Shown here: one piece after another, positions 44,778 through 55,233 of the stretch
Layout of the letters: each line of letters begins with the position of its first letter
Position numbering within the stretch: position 1 is the stretch's first letter
The notes under the pieces: generated by a model
What the model was told of the DNA's origin: nothing
Seen by the model: the letters and a program-made list of their open reading frames with translations, nothing else
The model's database searches: none
Virus record (IMG/VR): IMGVR_UViG_3300037245_001071
Span: 1 to 57,744 of that record
DNA: 57,744 bases
Strand: one strand, 5' to 3'
From: a virus
Taxonomy: Duplodnaviria; Caudoviricetes
Translations under genes and position numbers: made by a program

Positions 44778-45020
44778 ATGGAAAGACAAAAAGTATTAAA
44801 CAAAGTAGTATCCATCATTACGGATAAATTAGGCGTTGATGAAAACGAAGTTACTGAAGATGCTAGTTTAACAAATGATTTAGGAGCCGATTCTTTAGAT
44901 GTTATTGAATTAATTATGGAATTCGAAAAAGAATATAATATTGCAATTACTGATGATGAAGCTGAGAAAATAACAACAATTAAAGAAGTAGTAGATTATT
45001 TACAAACAAAAATAAAGTAA
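44778..45020 (+). CDS. acpP: acyl carrier protein
   Basis: [10 protein letters not shown]...[19 protein letters not shown], with intact phosphopantetheine Ser. Confidence 0.96.
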   Translation: MERQKVLNKVVSIITDKLGVDENEVTEDASLTNDLGADSLDVIELIMEFEKEYNIAITDDEAEKITTIKEVVDYLQTKIK

Positions 45021-45021
45021 A

Positions 45022-45270
45022 ATGGAAAAGAATTATTTAGGCTATCAAGCCAAAGACAAGGTAACAGGTTTTAAAGGTGTAATAGTTGGATGTGCTGACT
45101 ATTTAACAGGATGTAGACAATATGCATTACAACCTAAAGGGAAAGGGGATGATATTCCTAAAGTACATTGGTTTGATGAAGGAAAACTAGAAATGGGTAA
45201 AAGTAAGTTCAAAAAAAGCGATTTAGTTGCTAAAGATAATGGATGTGATATTGAACCTCCAAGTATGTAA
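45022..45270 (+). CDS. conserved hypothetical phage protein
   Basis: LG..AKDKVTGFKG....YLTGC.QY...WFDE. Confidence 0.7.
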   Translation: MEKNYLGYQAKDKVTGFKGVIVGCADYLTGCRQYALQPKGKGDDIPKVHWFDEGKLEMGKSKFKKSDLVAKDNGCDIEPPSM

Positions 45271-45290
45271 TGTTTAAAAAGTAAAATAAC

Positions 45291-45860
45291 ATGGAAAGAT
45301 TATTTAATGTTCCGGTTGAATTGTTTCAACTGGAAGAAGTAAAGCTCAATAAGAGTAAATCTTGTATAATAAAATACAAGATAGTGGATGATCGTGGTGA
45401 TAAAACACAAATATTTACAGGCACTTGTGAGCCAAATTATATGTGTGTTATAGCTATGCAAGAAAGGATAAACGACCTAAAGCCTCACCTTGCCGCAATG
45501 CGTAAAAGAGATGCAAGCGAAATGCAATATTTAGATGTAACTGGACTTGTTTGGAAGGGTTACGGAAAATCAGAATCGTTTCAGATACTTGGTAAATTAA
45601 CCGATGATTTTGGTAAAAAGTCAGATGAAAAAAGTAGCGTGTATCATATCACTTCAGAGGAATACAAAGACGGAATGAAAGTTCGTGACATTATTATAGA
45701 CCTTGAGTCTATGGCACATGCTTATATCTTTGAGGGCAAAATGGCAGATATGACAATGGGATTAATTCCTATTGAAGATGAAAACGAAACTACCGACAAA
45801 ACAGAAGTTACAGAGGTGGAGGCTGAAGAAGTTGAACAAACGGAAGAAACAACAGAATAA
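45291..45860 (+). CDS. hypothetical protein
   Basis: 189 aa with acidic tail. Confidence 0.65.
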   Translation: MERLFNVPVELFQLEEVKLNKSKSCIIKYKIVDDRGDKTQIFTGTCEPNYMCVIAMQERINDLKPHLAAMRKRDASEMQYLDVTGLVWKGYGKSESFQILGKLTDDFGKKSDEKSSVYHITSEEYKDGMKVRDIIIDLESMAHAYIFEGKMADMTMGLIPIEDENETTDKTEVTEVEAEEVEQTEETTE

Positions 45861-46283
45861 ATGATTGAAATAGCCTCTAAAGAAGAATATAATTATATCC
45901 TCAATAGGGGCTATTTTCCACTCCAAAATTGGCGAATGTTCACTTTGCCAATTGCATTAAGAATTGAATTACAATATGAAACATTTGGCAGCAATTCAGA
46001 TTTTCAAAAACAAAATGATAAGTTCTATAGATATTGCTGGGATAACATGCCTCATTATTGCGCTGAAACTGCAAAACCATTAGAAAGCTATTCAGCCGTG
46101 TATATTAGTCATATTTTAAGCCGTGGTAGTAATAGAGCAATGAGTTGCGACCCCCGTAATGTTAATATACTTTGTTTTGAGGCTCATCAAATATGGGAAA
46201 GTGAATATAATTACAAAATGAATATTTGGAGGCAAAACCAGTTAATAATTAAACTACTAAAAAATGACTACAATATCGGATAG
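45861..46283 (+). CDS. HNH-like (NinG/Ref-like) nuclease-domain protein
   Basis: HYCAET...SHILSRG...DPRNVNILCFEAH. Confidence 0.7.
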   Translation: MIEIASKEEYNYILNRGYFPLQNWRMFTLPIALRIELQYETFGSNSDFQKQNDKFYRYCWDNMPHYCAETAKPLESYSAVYISHILSRGSNRAMSCDPRNVNILCFEAHQIWESEYNYKMNIWRQNQLIIKLLKNDYNIG

Positions 46284-46440
46284 TATGCCAATGCCATTTG
46301 GCAAGCATAAAGGCAAGAAAATGGCAAACATACCTGCAGATTATCTATTGCATTTGTTAGATAATTATATGTGCTATGGAAGCGTAAAAGCATATATTCA
46401 AGAAAATGAAGATGTTTTGAGAAAAGAAACTGAAAAGTAA
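46264..46440 (+). CDS. DUF3820-like protein (58 aa)
   Basis: Read by hand: MPFGKHKGKKMANIPADYL. Confidence 0.75.
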   Translation: MTTISDSMPMPFGKHKGKKMANIPADYLLHLLDNYMCYGSVKAYIQENEDVLRKETEK

Positions 46441-46442
46441 TT

Positions 46443-46673
46443 ATGATCGTTGAATTTATGTTAATTTCAGGTATAGATTTTAATACTGACAATATAATTT
46501 ACTTAATGTCTTTAAAGGCTTTTAATGGGCACGAAACGACTATGTACGAAAGTAAATATGGTATTTTCGTAATATGTGGATTTGAAATAGGCAAACGAGA
46601 ACTAAACAAAATGTATACCGATATTAAAAAAAATACAGGTGCAAAATATGTTGAATCACGTTATTATGAATAA
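46443..46673 (+). CDS. hypothetical protein
   Basis: Packed ORF. Confidence 0.5.
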   Translation: MIVEFMLISGIDFNTDNIIYLMSLKAFNGHETTMYESKYGIFVICGFEIGKRELNKMYTDIKKNTGAKYVESRYYE

Positions 46674-46680
46674 AAAGTCG

Positions 46681-46688
46681 TAAATTTG
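46681..46688 (+). promoter_or_regulatory. -7 element TAAATTTG upstream of the second tail module
   Basis: TAnnTTTG; shares the GTCGTAAATT context with the element at 4870-4881. Confidence 0.55.
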
Positions 46689-46707
46689 AAAATAAAAACA
46701 CAGAACT

Positions 46708-47001
46708 ATGAAAAACATTAAAGAACAATTACTAAAACTTAAGGCTTATGTTATTTGGTTATGGAATTCTTACATTTGGAACCCTTTACATTTCAGATAT
46801 ATGAAGAGTAGAGCCAATGAGTACAATAAAAAGACAGGAAAACGGTATTTCGTAGTACCACACACTGAAACAAGATGTATGGTTGTTGATAATGATTATA
46901 TCAAACACTACAATAAGCAAAAAGGTATCAAAAAAATAAACATTAACGATTTAATTAGAATGGCTTATTACGCTACATCAACAAGAGCACTAGTAAATTA
47001 A
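46708..47001 (+). CDS. hypothetical protein
   Basis: A...KKTGKRYFVV...AYYAT pattern, seen in Bacteroidota phage hypotheticals. Confidence 0.65.
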   Translation: MKNIKEQLLKLKAYVIWLWNSYIWNPLHFRYMKSRANEYNKKTGKRYFVVPHTETRCMVVDNDYIKHYNKQKGIKKININDLIRMAYYATSTRALVN

Positions 47002-47006
47002 TAATT

Positions 47007-47399
47007 ATGGCACTAATAACAGATATTGAATACCAAATAAACATATTAACTGAGTTATATGAAGATTATGTAACTTATAATGATTCGTTGGATATCATAG
47101 ATGAAAACGAAAAGCTATTTGTAGTTAGTGATACTTTACTAGCCAATACTCAAAAGAGTTCAGAAACGGCTATACAGGAACTACAACAGCAAAAAGAAAA
47201 TTCTTTAAAATCCTATAATTTCACAACAACTGAGGCTACAACATTATTTAATATCTGTTTTGAGATTTACGGAACGGTAGACGATGATAAGTTTCAAACC
47301 TTAATAGATGCTAATGATTTAATGGCGTTCAATAGGACAGACATAGACCCTTTAAATCCAATTATACCAAAGGACACTTTAATTATATATTATAAGTAA
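47007..47399 (+). CDS. tail protein with LysM/gpX-like domain (resembles C-terminus of Mu gpN-like protein)
   Basis: TLFNICFEIYG...LIDAN...IIPKDTLIIYY, directly before the hub gene. Confidence 0.55.
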   Translation: MALITDIEYQINILTELYEDYVTYNDSLDIIDENEKLFVVSDTLLANTQKSSETAIQELQQQKENSLKSYNFTTTEATTLFNICFEIYGTVDDDKFQTLIDANDLMAFNRTDIDPLNPIIPKDTLIIYYK

Positions 47400-48325
47400 T
47401 GGCACGTATACAAATCAAAGTAAACAATAAGGAATTAAAACGATTTGATTCATTTGCCTATAATGATCAGTTAAATACAGTATCAGCGAGTGCATCATTT
47501 AATACGTTTGTTGACTTTGAAGATTTTGGTTATTCCGATATTCAAATATTCAGAAATGAAGTGCTGATATTAACAGGTGATATAATAAATAAAATCATTC
47601 CCGATGGAATTCCGGCAAAACCATTTACATACAAGTGTGAATCAAAACCATATGCCCTTAAAAGCTCATTGCCTACAACAGCATATTCGCTACAGCTTGA
47701 AAACTCAACCCTAAAGGATATAGTAGAGTATATTTGCTCATTCCTTGATGTTACGGTAGTATTTGACCAATCAGCAGAAAAAGAAGCTAAAAGCGCATAC
47801 AAACTAACTGATTTGAAATTAGCAGTAGATGCAATAGACATTATTAATGAATTAGTAACCAATGAAGGATTAATTATGTCTCACAATGCCGATGGTCATT
47901 TGGTAATAACCAAAAGTATAGAGCAAAACGAAATATTATTACCAAGGCATACCGACAATAATAAAAGCTATGATTTAAAGAAATTATTTCATAATTACAT
48001 TGCATTAGGGCAGGCACCAATTGGAGCAGATGCAGATATTCAAGCAATAGCAAGATTTGAAAACATAAAAGCAACCAGAAGTACAACTAAGATTCAAAAT
48101 AGTGGAGGTATTGCAGCAATCGAAGCAAAAGCGGCTGGAATGAGAGCAGATAGTTTAAGAGCTATTCAGCAAACTTTAACCTATGATAATTTCTTTTGTA
48201 ATGTAGGTGATTTTATTGTTTTGAATGATTTAAAACTAATCGTTAATCAGCTTAATTATTCGTTTAATTCAAAAGGAGAAAAAGCAAGTATAGGAGTAAT
48301 TGACAGTAATATTTATACGCGATGA
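47399..48325 (+). CDS. baseplate hub protein, Mu gpP/gp44-like
   Basis: IKVNN..F, ILTG.I, TLKDIV, GLIMSHNADGHLVI. Confidence 0.75.
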   Translation: MARIQIKVNNKELKRFDSFAYNDQLNTVSASASFNTFVDFEDFGYSDIQIFRNEVLILTGDIINKIIPDGIPAKPFTYKCESKPYALKSSLPTTAYSLQLENSTLKDIVEYICSFLDVTVVFDQSAEKEAKSAYKLTDLKLAVDAIDIINELVTNEGLIMSHNADGHLVITKSIEQNEILLPRHTDNNKSYDLKKLFHNYIALGQAPIGADADIQAIARFENIKATRSTTKIQNSGGIAAIEAKAAGMRADSLRAIQQTLTYDNFFCNVGDFIVLNDLKLIVNQLNYSFNSKGEKASIGVIDSNIYTR

Positions 48326-48738
48326 GTGGAGCCGGAAACGTAAAAGGAAACAGCAAAGATGAAGAAACTGGTTTTAGGCAGCTTTTATTAAGTGACTTTG
48401 GCACTAATCGGCAAAAGTATTACTTATTAGAGGGCTTTGGTGAAGCTTCGTTACCACCATTAGAAACAAGGACATTAATAATAAACTCAACTAACAAAGA
48501 TATTTCTTATTGTATCGGGGCTTTGAATAATTTAGATTTCGATAGCTTAGGGCATGGTGATAAAATGATATTTTCCACAAGCGAGGATGGTACCGAAATA
48601 CAAAGTCAAATTAAATTACTCAATACTGGTAAAATGGAAATAATCACTAAATCAGATATTGACATTACAACAGATGCAAAAATAAATATTATAGCAACTC
48701 AATTTAATGTAAATAATGGTAATTTAACAGTTGAGTAA
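48322..48738 (+). CDS. baseplate spike, Mu gp45-like
   Basis: FGEASLP, LGHGDKMIFS, IKLLNTG. Confidence 0.75.
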   Translation: MSGAGNVKGNSKDEETGFRQLLLSDFGTNRQKYYLLEGFGEASLPPLETRTLIINSTNKDISYCIGALNNLDFDSLGHGDKMIFSTSEDGTEIQSQIKLLNTGKMEIITKSDIDITTDAKINIIATQFNVNNGNLTVE

Positions 48739-49127
48739 TGGGAATATTAATAGCAGTAGATGGAGCAACATTATTTCAAAACGATCCTTTGGTTGTATGT
48801 ACTATTACACCCGTTGGAGTTCCGTCTATTATAAATAAAGCTGAAAATAAAGGTTTCTTATTAGATGGCTATCAGGTTTCAGTATCAGTAATTACTTATC
48901 CGAGTGCAGGTGCAACAATTCCCGATCCTGGTCCATACGTAGTAGCTTTTTCGAGTGGAGCCACGAAAGTAAAGGAAAGCGGCACTTTGGTATTATTAGA
49001 GGGTGATTTGACGGCTACAATCAATGCAACCCCACAAATACCTGCTTTACCATCACCAACACCTTATCCTATATCATTTGAAATTGAAATAACAGTAGCG
49101 GGACAAATTAAAGTAAAAGCAGTATAA
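48738..49127 (+). CDS. spike-tip (PAAR-like) protein, putative
   Basis: After the spike gene; KVK.SG.LVLLEGD and AGQ.KVKA. Confidence 0.55.
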   Translation: MGILIAVDGATLFQNDPLVVCTITPVGVPSIINKAENKGFLLDGYQVSVSVITYPSAGATIPDPGPYVVAFSSGATKVKESGTLVLLEGDLTATINATPQIPALPSPTPYPISFEIEITVAGQIKVKAV

Positions 49128-49128
49128 T

Positions 49129-49425
49129 ATGGCTAAGATTAAAATAAATGAAAATATTTACGAAGGTAAAAAAGAGCATCATACTCAATACTTTTATATG
49201 TGTAAAGGATGTGGACATGAACATTGTTTTGCGTTGAAATCAGAAGGAGGTCATCATAATTTCAATATGGATTTGGAAAACCCTACAGTATCACCTTCTT
49301 TGGTTCAAAATTTCACACCTGGGAAAATGTGTCATTCGTTTATTAAAAATGGTAAAATACAATATCTGAATGATTGTTATCATAAACTAAAGGGGCAAAC
49401 GATTGAATTACCACAGATTAGTTAA
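49129..49425 (+). CDS. DUF6527-like zinc-binding protein
   Basis: CKGC..EH...PTVSPS...CHSFIKNG.IQYL.DC.H.L. Confidence 0.75.
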   Translation: MAKIKINENIYEGKKEHHTQYFYMCKGCGHEHCFALKSEGGHHNFNMDLENPTVSPSLVQNFTPGKMCHSFIKNGKIQYLNDCYHKLKGQTIELPQIS

Positions 49426-49446
49426 AATAACTTAAAATATAATATC

Positions 49447-50313
49447 ATGTTGATTGTCACAGTTGATGGCCGTAGATTTACGGTAAAGTACCAAAAGAAT
49501 AAAGAGAGTGTAAGTGTAGATAATCACGTTTCAATAAACGATTATCCTAACTTTGTCGGGTCCAGGGTGGATCAAAACAGCACTTCATCAGATAAATATT
49601 CATTTACATTTGCAATTCATAAGAACTTTTATGTTGAGCTCAAAGAATCTTTAAAAAAGATAGTTGTAAATGAAGATGATGCAATTGAAGATGATGAATA
49701 TGGAAAGCTAACACACGTTATATGTGTACATCCTGATTGGGGCACAATTAAAGGACGCTTTGAGGGTTCATTAAAATACTTGACGGCTAGTGAAGCTGAT
49801 ATAGTTGTTCAAGGTGTTTTTGTTGAGCACACGCCCGATGATGCAGCAGAAAAAACAGACATTGAGCAAGATAATGCAGATGCAGAAAGTGAAATAGATT
49901 CAGAAACAGATGATGAATTTGAATTAGAAGAAGCCGATAGACCATTTCTATTACAATTATTTGACAAATTAAAAGCTTTATATGATAAAATTAAGAACAG
50001 TGCAGTAATAGCAGCATTTAACGACTTAAAGAGTGCATTGAATGATGCTTTATTGAATTATCAAAAAGTAATGAATGCGTTCAAGAAAGTTCTTGCATTG
50101 CCTGGTAATATAATTAGTGGAGTACGTGGTAAGATTGATTTCTTTAAGAAGCAATCAAGTGCTATTAAAAACATTATTCCTAATACAGTTAATCAAGCTA
50201 GATTTAATATCAATTTACTATCATTTAATATCGGTAGAGCAGATAGAACGCCTTTTGATATAAAAGCATTACAGAGACAAAGATCAGGATTGAAAGTAGC
50301 ACCAATAAACTAA
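49447..50313 (+). CDS. Mu gpN-like DNA-circularisation N-terminal domain protein
   Basis: DYP...GS.V..., HPDWG, FVE motifs. Confidence 0.65.
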   Translation: MLIVTVDGRRFTVKYQKNKESVSVDNHVSINDYPNFVGSRVDQNSTSSDKYSFTFAIHKNFYVELKESLKKIVVNEDDAIEDDEYGKLTHVICVHPDWGTIKGRFEGSLKYLTASEADIVVQGVFVEHTPDDAAEKTDIEQDNADAESEIDSETDDEFELEEADRPFLLQLFDKLKALYDKIKNSAVIAAFNDLKSALNDALLNYQKVMNAFKKVLALPGNIISGVRGKIDFFKKQSSAIKNIIPNTVNQARFNINLLSFNIGRADRTPFDIKALQRQRSGLKVAPIN

Positions 50314-51077
50314 TGAGCGACTTTAGTATAAAAGATAAGGAATTAATAGATTACACGCTTGGATTACAGCGTATAAACGATGTATCTCTCGCTTTTGCTA
50401 TACAAGATACCTTAAATGCCGTTGTTAGAGATACCAAAAAAAGAACATTAGCACAAGTTACTAATCAGATGTTCGATGTCAAGAGAAAGAACTTTTTTAA
50501 GGCTAATAGTGGGTTTAAACAATACAAGGCAAAGCAATTCAATTACAATATAAACAAGTTAAAAGCTTCAATATCTATATTGAAAAGCACTAAGCCAAAT
50601 GAAAAAGCAACTGAGCAATTAGCCAACCAACCTACAGCATCACCGATAAAAAGGAAAATTAATCCAGCAGGAGATAAACCACAACCTAAATCAATTATAA
50701 ATATCCTTACAAAGAAACCTGAATTTTATGATGCAGCCAAAACATATCCAGAGGGTAATTCATTTGCTTTCACCAATAAGGCAAGACGGGCAAAAAGTAG
50801 AGGTGCCGGATTCATTGTTGCTAGAAACGGTAAGGGTTATATTAATAGAGTTGTTTCGATCAAGAAAAGAAAGCCAACCAGAGCCGATAAGCGTAAGATG
50901 GTTATTAAGATGAAAGCTATTGGTAGTTACAACAAGAACGGACAAGTTAAGCTTAAAAAACCAGCTCCATTTTTAACTACTGCAAGGGATAAGTCGGTAA
51001 AAGAAATAATGAATAATGAATTTGTCAAGAATGCAGAAAAGCAGATGGAAATGGCAATAAAGCGTAAGAATAAGTAG
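50313..51077 (+). CDS. minor tail/neck protein, lambda gpZ-like (putative)
   Basis: Basic protein; AIQDTLN.V..D.K, APFL motif. Confidence 0.55.
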   Translation: MSDFSIKDKELIDYTLGLQRINDVSLAFAIQDTLNAVVRDTKKRTLAQVTNQMFDVKRKNFFKANSGFKQYKAKQFNYNINKLKASISILKSTKPNEKATEQLANQPTASPIKRKINPAGDKPQPKSIINILTKKPEFYDAAKTYPEGNSFAFTNKARRAKSRGAGFIVARNGKGYINRVVSIKKRKPTRADKRKMVIKMKAIGSYNKNGQVKLKKPAPFLTTARDKSVKEIMNNEFVKNAEKQMEMAIKRKNK

Positions 51078-51100
51078 TAGTTTCTCATAGTTTAGTTAGG

Positions 51101-51132
51101 GCGGTTATCATTAGTTTGATAGCCGCTTTTTT
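51101..51132 (+). terminator. intrinsic terminator
   Basis: GCGGTTATCA / TGATAGCCGC plus T-run. Confidence 0.88.
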
Positions 51133-51162
51133 GTGTTAAGATGTAAAAAATATAATAAATAG

Positions 51163-51192
51163 TTGTGTTGTAAGTAATAAGTATTACCTTTG
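51163..51192 (+). promoter_or_regulatory. Bacteroidota promoter TTG-N19-TACCTTTG
   Basis: Consensus elements and spacing. Confidence 0.7.
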
Positions 51193-51213
51193 GTTAAAAT
51201 AAAACGTAATAAT

Positions 51214-51522
51214 ATGAATATAGGAAAAGCAATTAAGCAGTTAAGACAAAAGTATTCTCCAGAGTTAAATCAAAGAGAATTTGCAAAAGCGATTGGATTG
51301 TCTCAAACTTATCTATCTCAGATAGAAAGTGACCAAAAAAACCCAAGTACAGATATTTTAAAACGGATATCGGAGTATTTAAAAATACCACTACCAGTAA
51401 TGTTATGGTTCAGTCTATCTATTGATGATGTTGAGGAAAGTAGAAAGGAAGCTTATAGGACCTTAAAGCCATCTGTAGATGCTTTGTTAAATGGAATGTT
51501 TGCTATAAAATTAATCGAATAA
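51214..51522 (+). CDS. XRE-family HTH transcriptional regulator
   Basis: MNIGKAIKQLR...QREFAKAIGLSQTYLSQIE...PS..IL.RI. Confidence 0.93.
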   Translation: MNIGKAIKQLRQKYSPELNQREFAKAIGLSQTYLSQIESDQKNPSTDILKRISEYLKIPLPVMLWFSLSIDDVEESRKEAYRTLKPSVDALLNGMFAIKLIE

Positions 51523-51536
51523 TAAACCATATAACC

Positions 51537-51776
51537 ATGAAAAATATAACATTAATACTAGCATTGTTTCTAATGTCATTCACACCACCAAAAAAGGATG
51601 TAAACGGCATAAAAACAGATTATTCATATTATAGTGATAAATATTATGACATGTGGGAGCTTTCGGACTCAGTAGTAAATTATAAATTAGATACAATTTA
51701 CACCTATAAGCTCAATGGTCAATATTTTGTATTTGATCAAAATGGTAAAAGAATAATCAACAACATTAATCATTAA
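51537..51776 (+). CDS. small secreted protein
   Basis: MKNITLILALFLMSF signal-like N-terminus. Confidence 0.6.
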   Translation: MKNITLILALFLMSFTPPKKDVNGIKTDYSYYSDKYYDMWELSDSVVNYKLDTIYTYKLNGQYFVFDQNGKRIINNINH

Positions 51777-51782
51777 ATTTAA

Positions 51783-52288
51783 TTGATCATGAAAACGGTA
51801 CTATCGATACCCATTAGAAAAATATTCACACTTGATTGTGAATTAGGGAAAGCATCATTTATTAGAATCGATGAAAAAGAACATGATGGCAATAACGCTA
51901 TTTGTTTAAATTCTAATAATGGCAGCTATATTGAGAATGTAGAGTATTTCATTCAGCATGATATTGAAGTGATACCGGTGTAATTATGGAAAAGAAACTA
52001 TTTAAAGCAGGAGAAACCATACTAGAATACGCTATTGTTGGTGAAAATAACGGTAAAATATTCAAAGTAAGTGAGCCTATACCCCTTATGATGGACCGCA
52101 CAAACAAACCTAAGTGTGTAAAAAGGTTTAATCACAAAATAAGTGAATGGGAAACAATATCAGGAGACGAAAAGAGCGGTGATACCGTATTCATACTAAA
52201 GGGATGTGATAATCCTAAACCTAAAAGCAATCTATTTAAAGAATTTTGTTCATCAGTATTAGGAATTGTATGGAAACCAAATTACTAA
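51783..52288 (+). other. two small hypothetical ORFs (51783-51983, 51986-52288)
   Basis: Packed + strand ORFs with no recognisable motif. Confidence 0.55.
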
Positions 52289-52382
52289 GACTATACGTCC
52301 GTGAATGCATACGGAAAGGACATTCCAGAAAGCACATAGAAAGAATTTGGAAACTAATTTATAAACTTGATAACTCAATAAC

Positions 52383-52883
52383 ATGGAAAAACTAAACTTA
52401 TTAAAAAAAGCGTTATTTACATACTTAGAGCATGGTGTTCAGTGCAGTTATTTGGAATATACTAGTGAAAAGAAGCGATTAAAAGCCACATTAACCGGAA
52501 TAACTCTAATCGATGGAATAGAAACCACTTACAAAAGGAAAAGAAGAGATTGTGCTGGTGATTACATTGGATTTGAAGGACATAACAATGTGTTAGATTT
52601 AGAATTTAAATTGCATCTTCACCCACTATCATATCTCACGAAAGAGATTGAAATTAATGGTGAAAAGTTTAAACCCTTTGATAAATTAGGTGAACAATTC
52701 GGAAGAACAAAATTCATATCAATTAATCATGATGGAGAGTTGTTGTTTAAGGGTAAAAATGAATGCTACATATTTGGAAAGAAAGATGTATTAGAATGTT
52801 ATGATATGCTATCCGAATGGCATTTTGATATATTTGGACTTATACCAGAAGGATTAGCAATTGACATTAACACCCTAAAATAA
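52383..52883 (+). CDS. conserved hypothetical Bacteroidota-phage protein
   Basis: LHPLS.LTKEI...WHFDIFGLI.EGLAIDINTL pattern. Confidence 0.7.
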   Translation: MEKLNLLKKALFTYLEHGVQCSYLEYTSEKKRLKATLTGITLIDGIETTYKRKRRDCAGDYIGFEGHNNVLDLEFKLHLHPLSYLTKEIEINGEKFKPFDKLGEQFGRTKFISINHDGELLFKGKNECYIFGKKDVLECYDMLSEWHFDIFGLIPEGLAIDINTLK

Positions 52884-53031
52884 TGAAACCTAAAATATAC
52901 ACCTACCACGACAATCATTTTAATATACTCGAAAAGAACTATTGTGTATATTGGAGTATGATAATTGACCCTAAAGCAAAGAAAATAGTAAGCGATAGAA
53001 TTGGATGTAAATTTCAAACCTTTCAATTGAA

Positions 53032-53286
53032 TTGATTATGCGATACTCACTAAGAAATCAACACAAAATAAAACAAGCACTGAGCGAAAAGCATCTGAAG
53101 CGAATATTATCATCTTTGGATGAAGCGTTTAAAAACGATGGTCCAGAGCCTAAAGAAATGCATGGTGAAGATTATAAGGTAATCGATATTAATGATAATG
53201 GTCATTCATGTGGGTTAATCTTATTTTATGTAATCAGGAAAACGTACGATGTGTATAATTTAGCCTTCAAAGAATTTGTAAACTAA
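53032..53286 (+). CDS. hypothetical protein
   Basis: Packed ORF. Confidence 0.55.
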   Translation: MIMRYSLRNQHKIKQALSEKHLKRILSSLDEAFKNDGPEPKEMHGEDYKVIDINDNGHSCGLILFYVIRKTYDVYNLAFKEFVN

Positions 53287-53296
53287 AACTTTAATT

Positions 53297-53458
53297 ATGG
53301 AAAATATAAGAAACGATTACATACCTTTTATTGTAAAGCTTTTGGTTATTAAAAAGAAACCTGAAACAAAAGATGAATTTATAGAATTTGCACAGGCATT
53401 ATATGACCAAATTGAAAGTCGTAAAATTTATATTGCTAAAAACAATCCTAAAAAATAA
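53297..53458 (+). CDS. 53-aa paralog of the 38868 N-terminus
   Basis: Read by hand: MENIRNDYIPFIVKLLVIKKKPETKDEFIEFAQALYDQIESRK. Confidence 0.65.
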   Translation: MENIRNDYIPFIVKLLVIKKKPETKDEFIEFAQALYDQIESRKIYIAKNNPKK

Positions 53459-53465
53459 AACAATT

Positions 53466-55233
53466 ATGAAAAACCCTATTAAATGGCTTTTAGATAGGCT
53501 ACAAAAGAAGCTAATCAAATCAAAAGAGCAAAGAGTATTGGACCTTGCTGAGAAGTTAATAAATGAATTAGAAATGTTTAGCATAACTGCAGGAGTTCAA
53601 AGTATAGATATTTGGTTTGATTACGACCATGCTAAAACAAGGGACATTACAGTCGAATTCAATAACTTTAGTGCCAAAAGAGACACTGGAAAACCAAACA
53701 AACGCTTTAAATCTTAACTATGGAAACTATATTATTAATCATAGCATTAGTATTACTCTTATCTGCTCCTTATTGCACATTTATGATAGCAAAGGCTAAA
53801 TATGAGAATAAGGTATCAAATCAGGCTAATGATGTGCCAATAATCGAAGAAATTGAACCCGAAAAGGTAAAGGACCACGAGGGTGATGAATTTATAACTA
53901 ATTTTTACTAATTATGTGGAAAGCAATAGCAATAGTAATATTCGTAGGCTTTGTAATAGGCTATTTTCATCAATATAACCTAAGGTACAAAGCAGTTAAG
54001 AAACTAAAGAATGTTAAAGAGGACTTAAAAATACCTTATGATGATTATTCGAGGTATCAAAAAGCCTATGTGGAGTATTATAAATGGTTGACTCACGAAT
54101 TACAAGGAACTTTAAGCGACGACCAAGAGTCAATGCTTAGTGATTGCGTAATAAAGCTGGAAGAGTTGTTTAATGAAGATTTTTCAGCTCCTAAATATGG
54201 ACATACTTTTAAAAGTGAAAAGAATAATTAATTAAAAACTTTAAATTGGACAATATGACAAAGATTATAAGCTTAAGTTACATGGTGAATGGTATTACTT
54301 CATTTGGTGGGATAAAATCCCCATGTAAAAATATAGAAACGCAAGTGCAAGAAATATTTGATAGTAATAAAAATTATAAATACGTTGATTTGGTTTATAA
54401 GCCAATCGATAACGTTGTAAATATGAGATACGCTACTTTAATTGTAGAATCCTTAAATTAACTAAAAACTAAAACTATGAATGAAATATTCGAAAACACT
54501 GTTATAGCTTTATTGATATTTGTCGTATTGTGGGCAGCCATATCAAATAACTTTGGTTTTAAGCGTGGTAGAGTTCCAATGGAGGATAGACCAAAAATGC
54601 CTAAAAAGAAAATATGCCAATGCTATATTCCAATAGAAAGCGAAACGAAAGAAGGCATTTGTAATAACTGTTCTAATAATATCAACTACAGGCCGTTCGA
54701 TGGCGACAAAGGAACATCATCAAAAACAATCAAATTCAATAAACCAAAGTACACTAAGGATAAAACCAAATAATAATGGACAAAATAACATTAGAACTGA
54801 TAGCCCAATGGAAAGAAGCATCTGATTTAGTTGTACTCCATTTAGAAAGGTCTCATTTGAGCCTAAAAGCTAGTTTAGAGATAAATAAAAAACTTTGGGA
54901 TAGATGCAAGGAAAAGAATTTAGATATGAATCAATTACTAAAAATACATTAGATATGAGCACATCAACAGTGATTAGAATTATCCTTGAAATAGGAATAG
55001 TATATGGTATTTATACCGAAACGGGAATGTGGACAGCGATATTTGCCGCAACAATAGCAGTGTGGATTCATTTAAACGATGTGTCAATGAGAAGTGTTTT
55101 CAAGGCTATGGATATTAAAAGCAAAGATATTGACCACGCCATAAAAGATGCAAAAAGCTTTGGTGAACTTTTAGAAGAAAAAATGGAACAAAGAAAGAAA
55201 GAATATGAAAAGAGCGCAAAGGAAAAGAACTAA
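53466..55233 (+). other. run of small hypothetical ORFs, several with single TM segments (53466-53717, 53720-53911, 53914-54231, 54246-54461, 54477-54773, 54904-55233)
   Basis: Packed + strand ORFs; hydrophobic segments in four of them. Confidence 0.55.

Noticed and set aside
52285-52350. Possible hammerhead-like ribozyme (GTCC...GAAA...GGAC)
   Set aside because: It lacks the CTGATGA core, and the stretch reads as a short + strand ORF (METKLLRLYVREC...).
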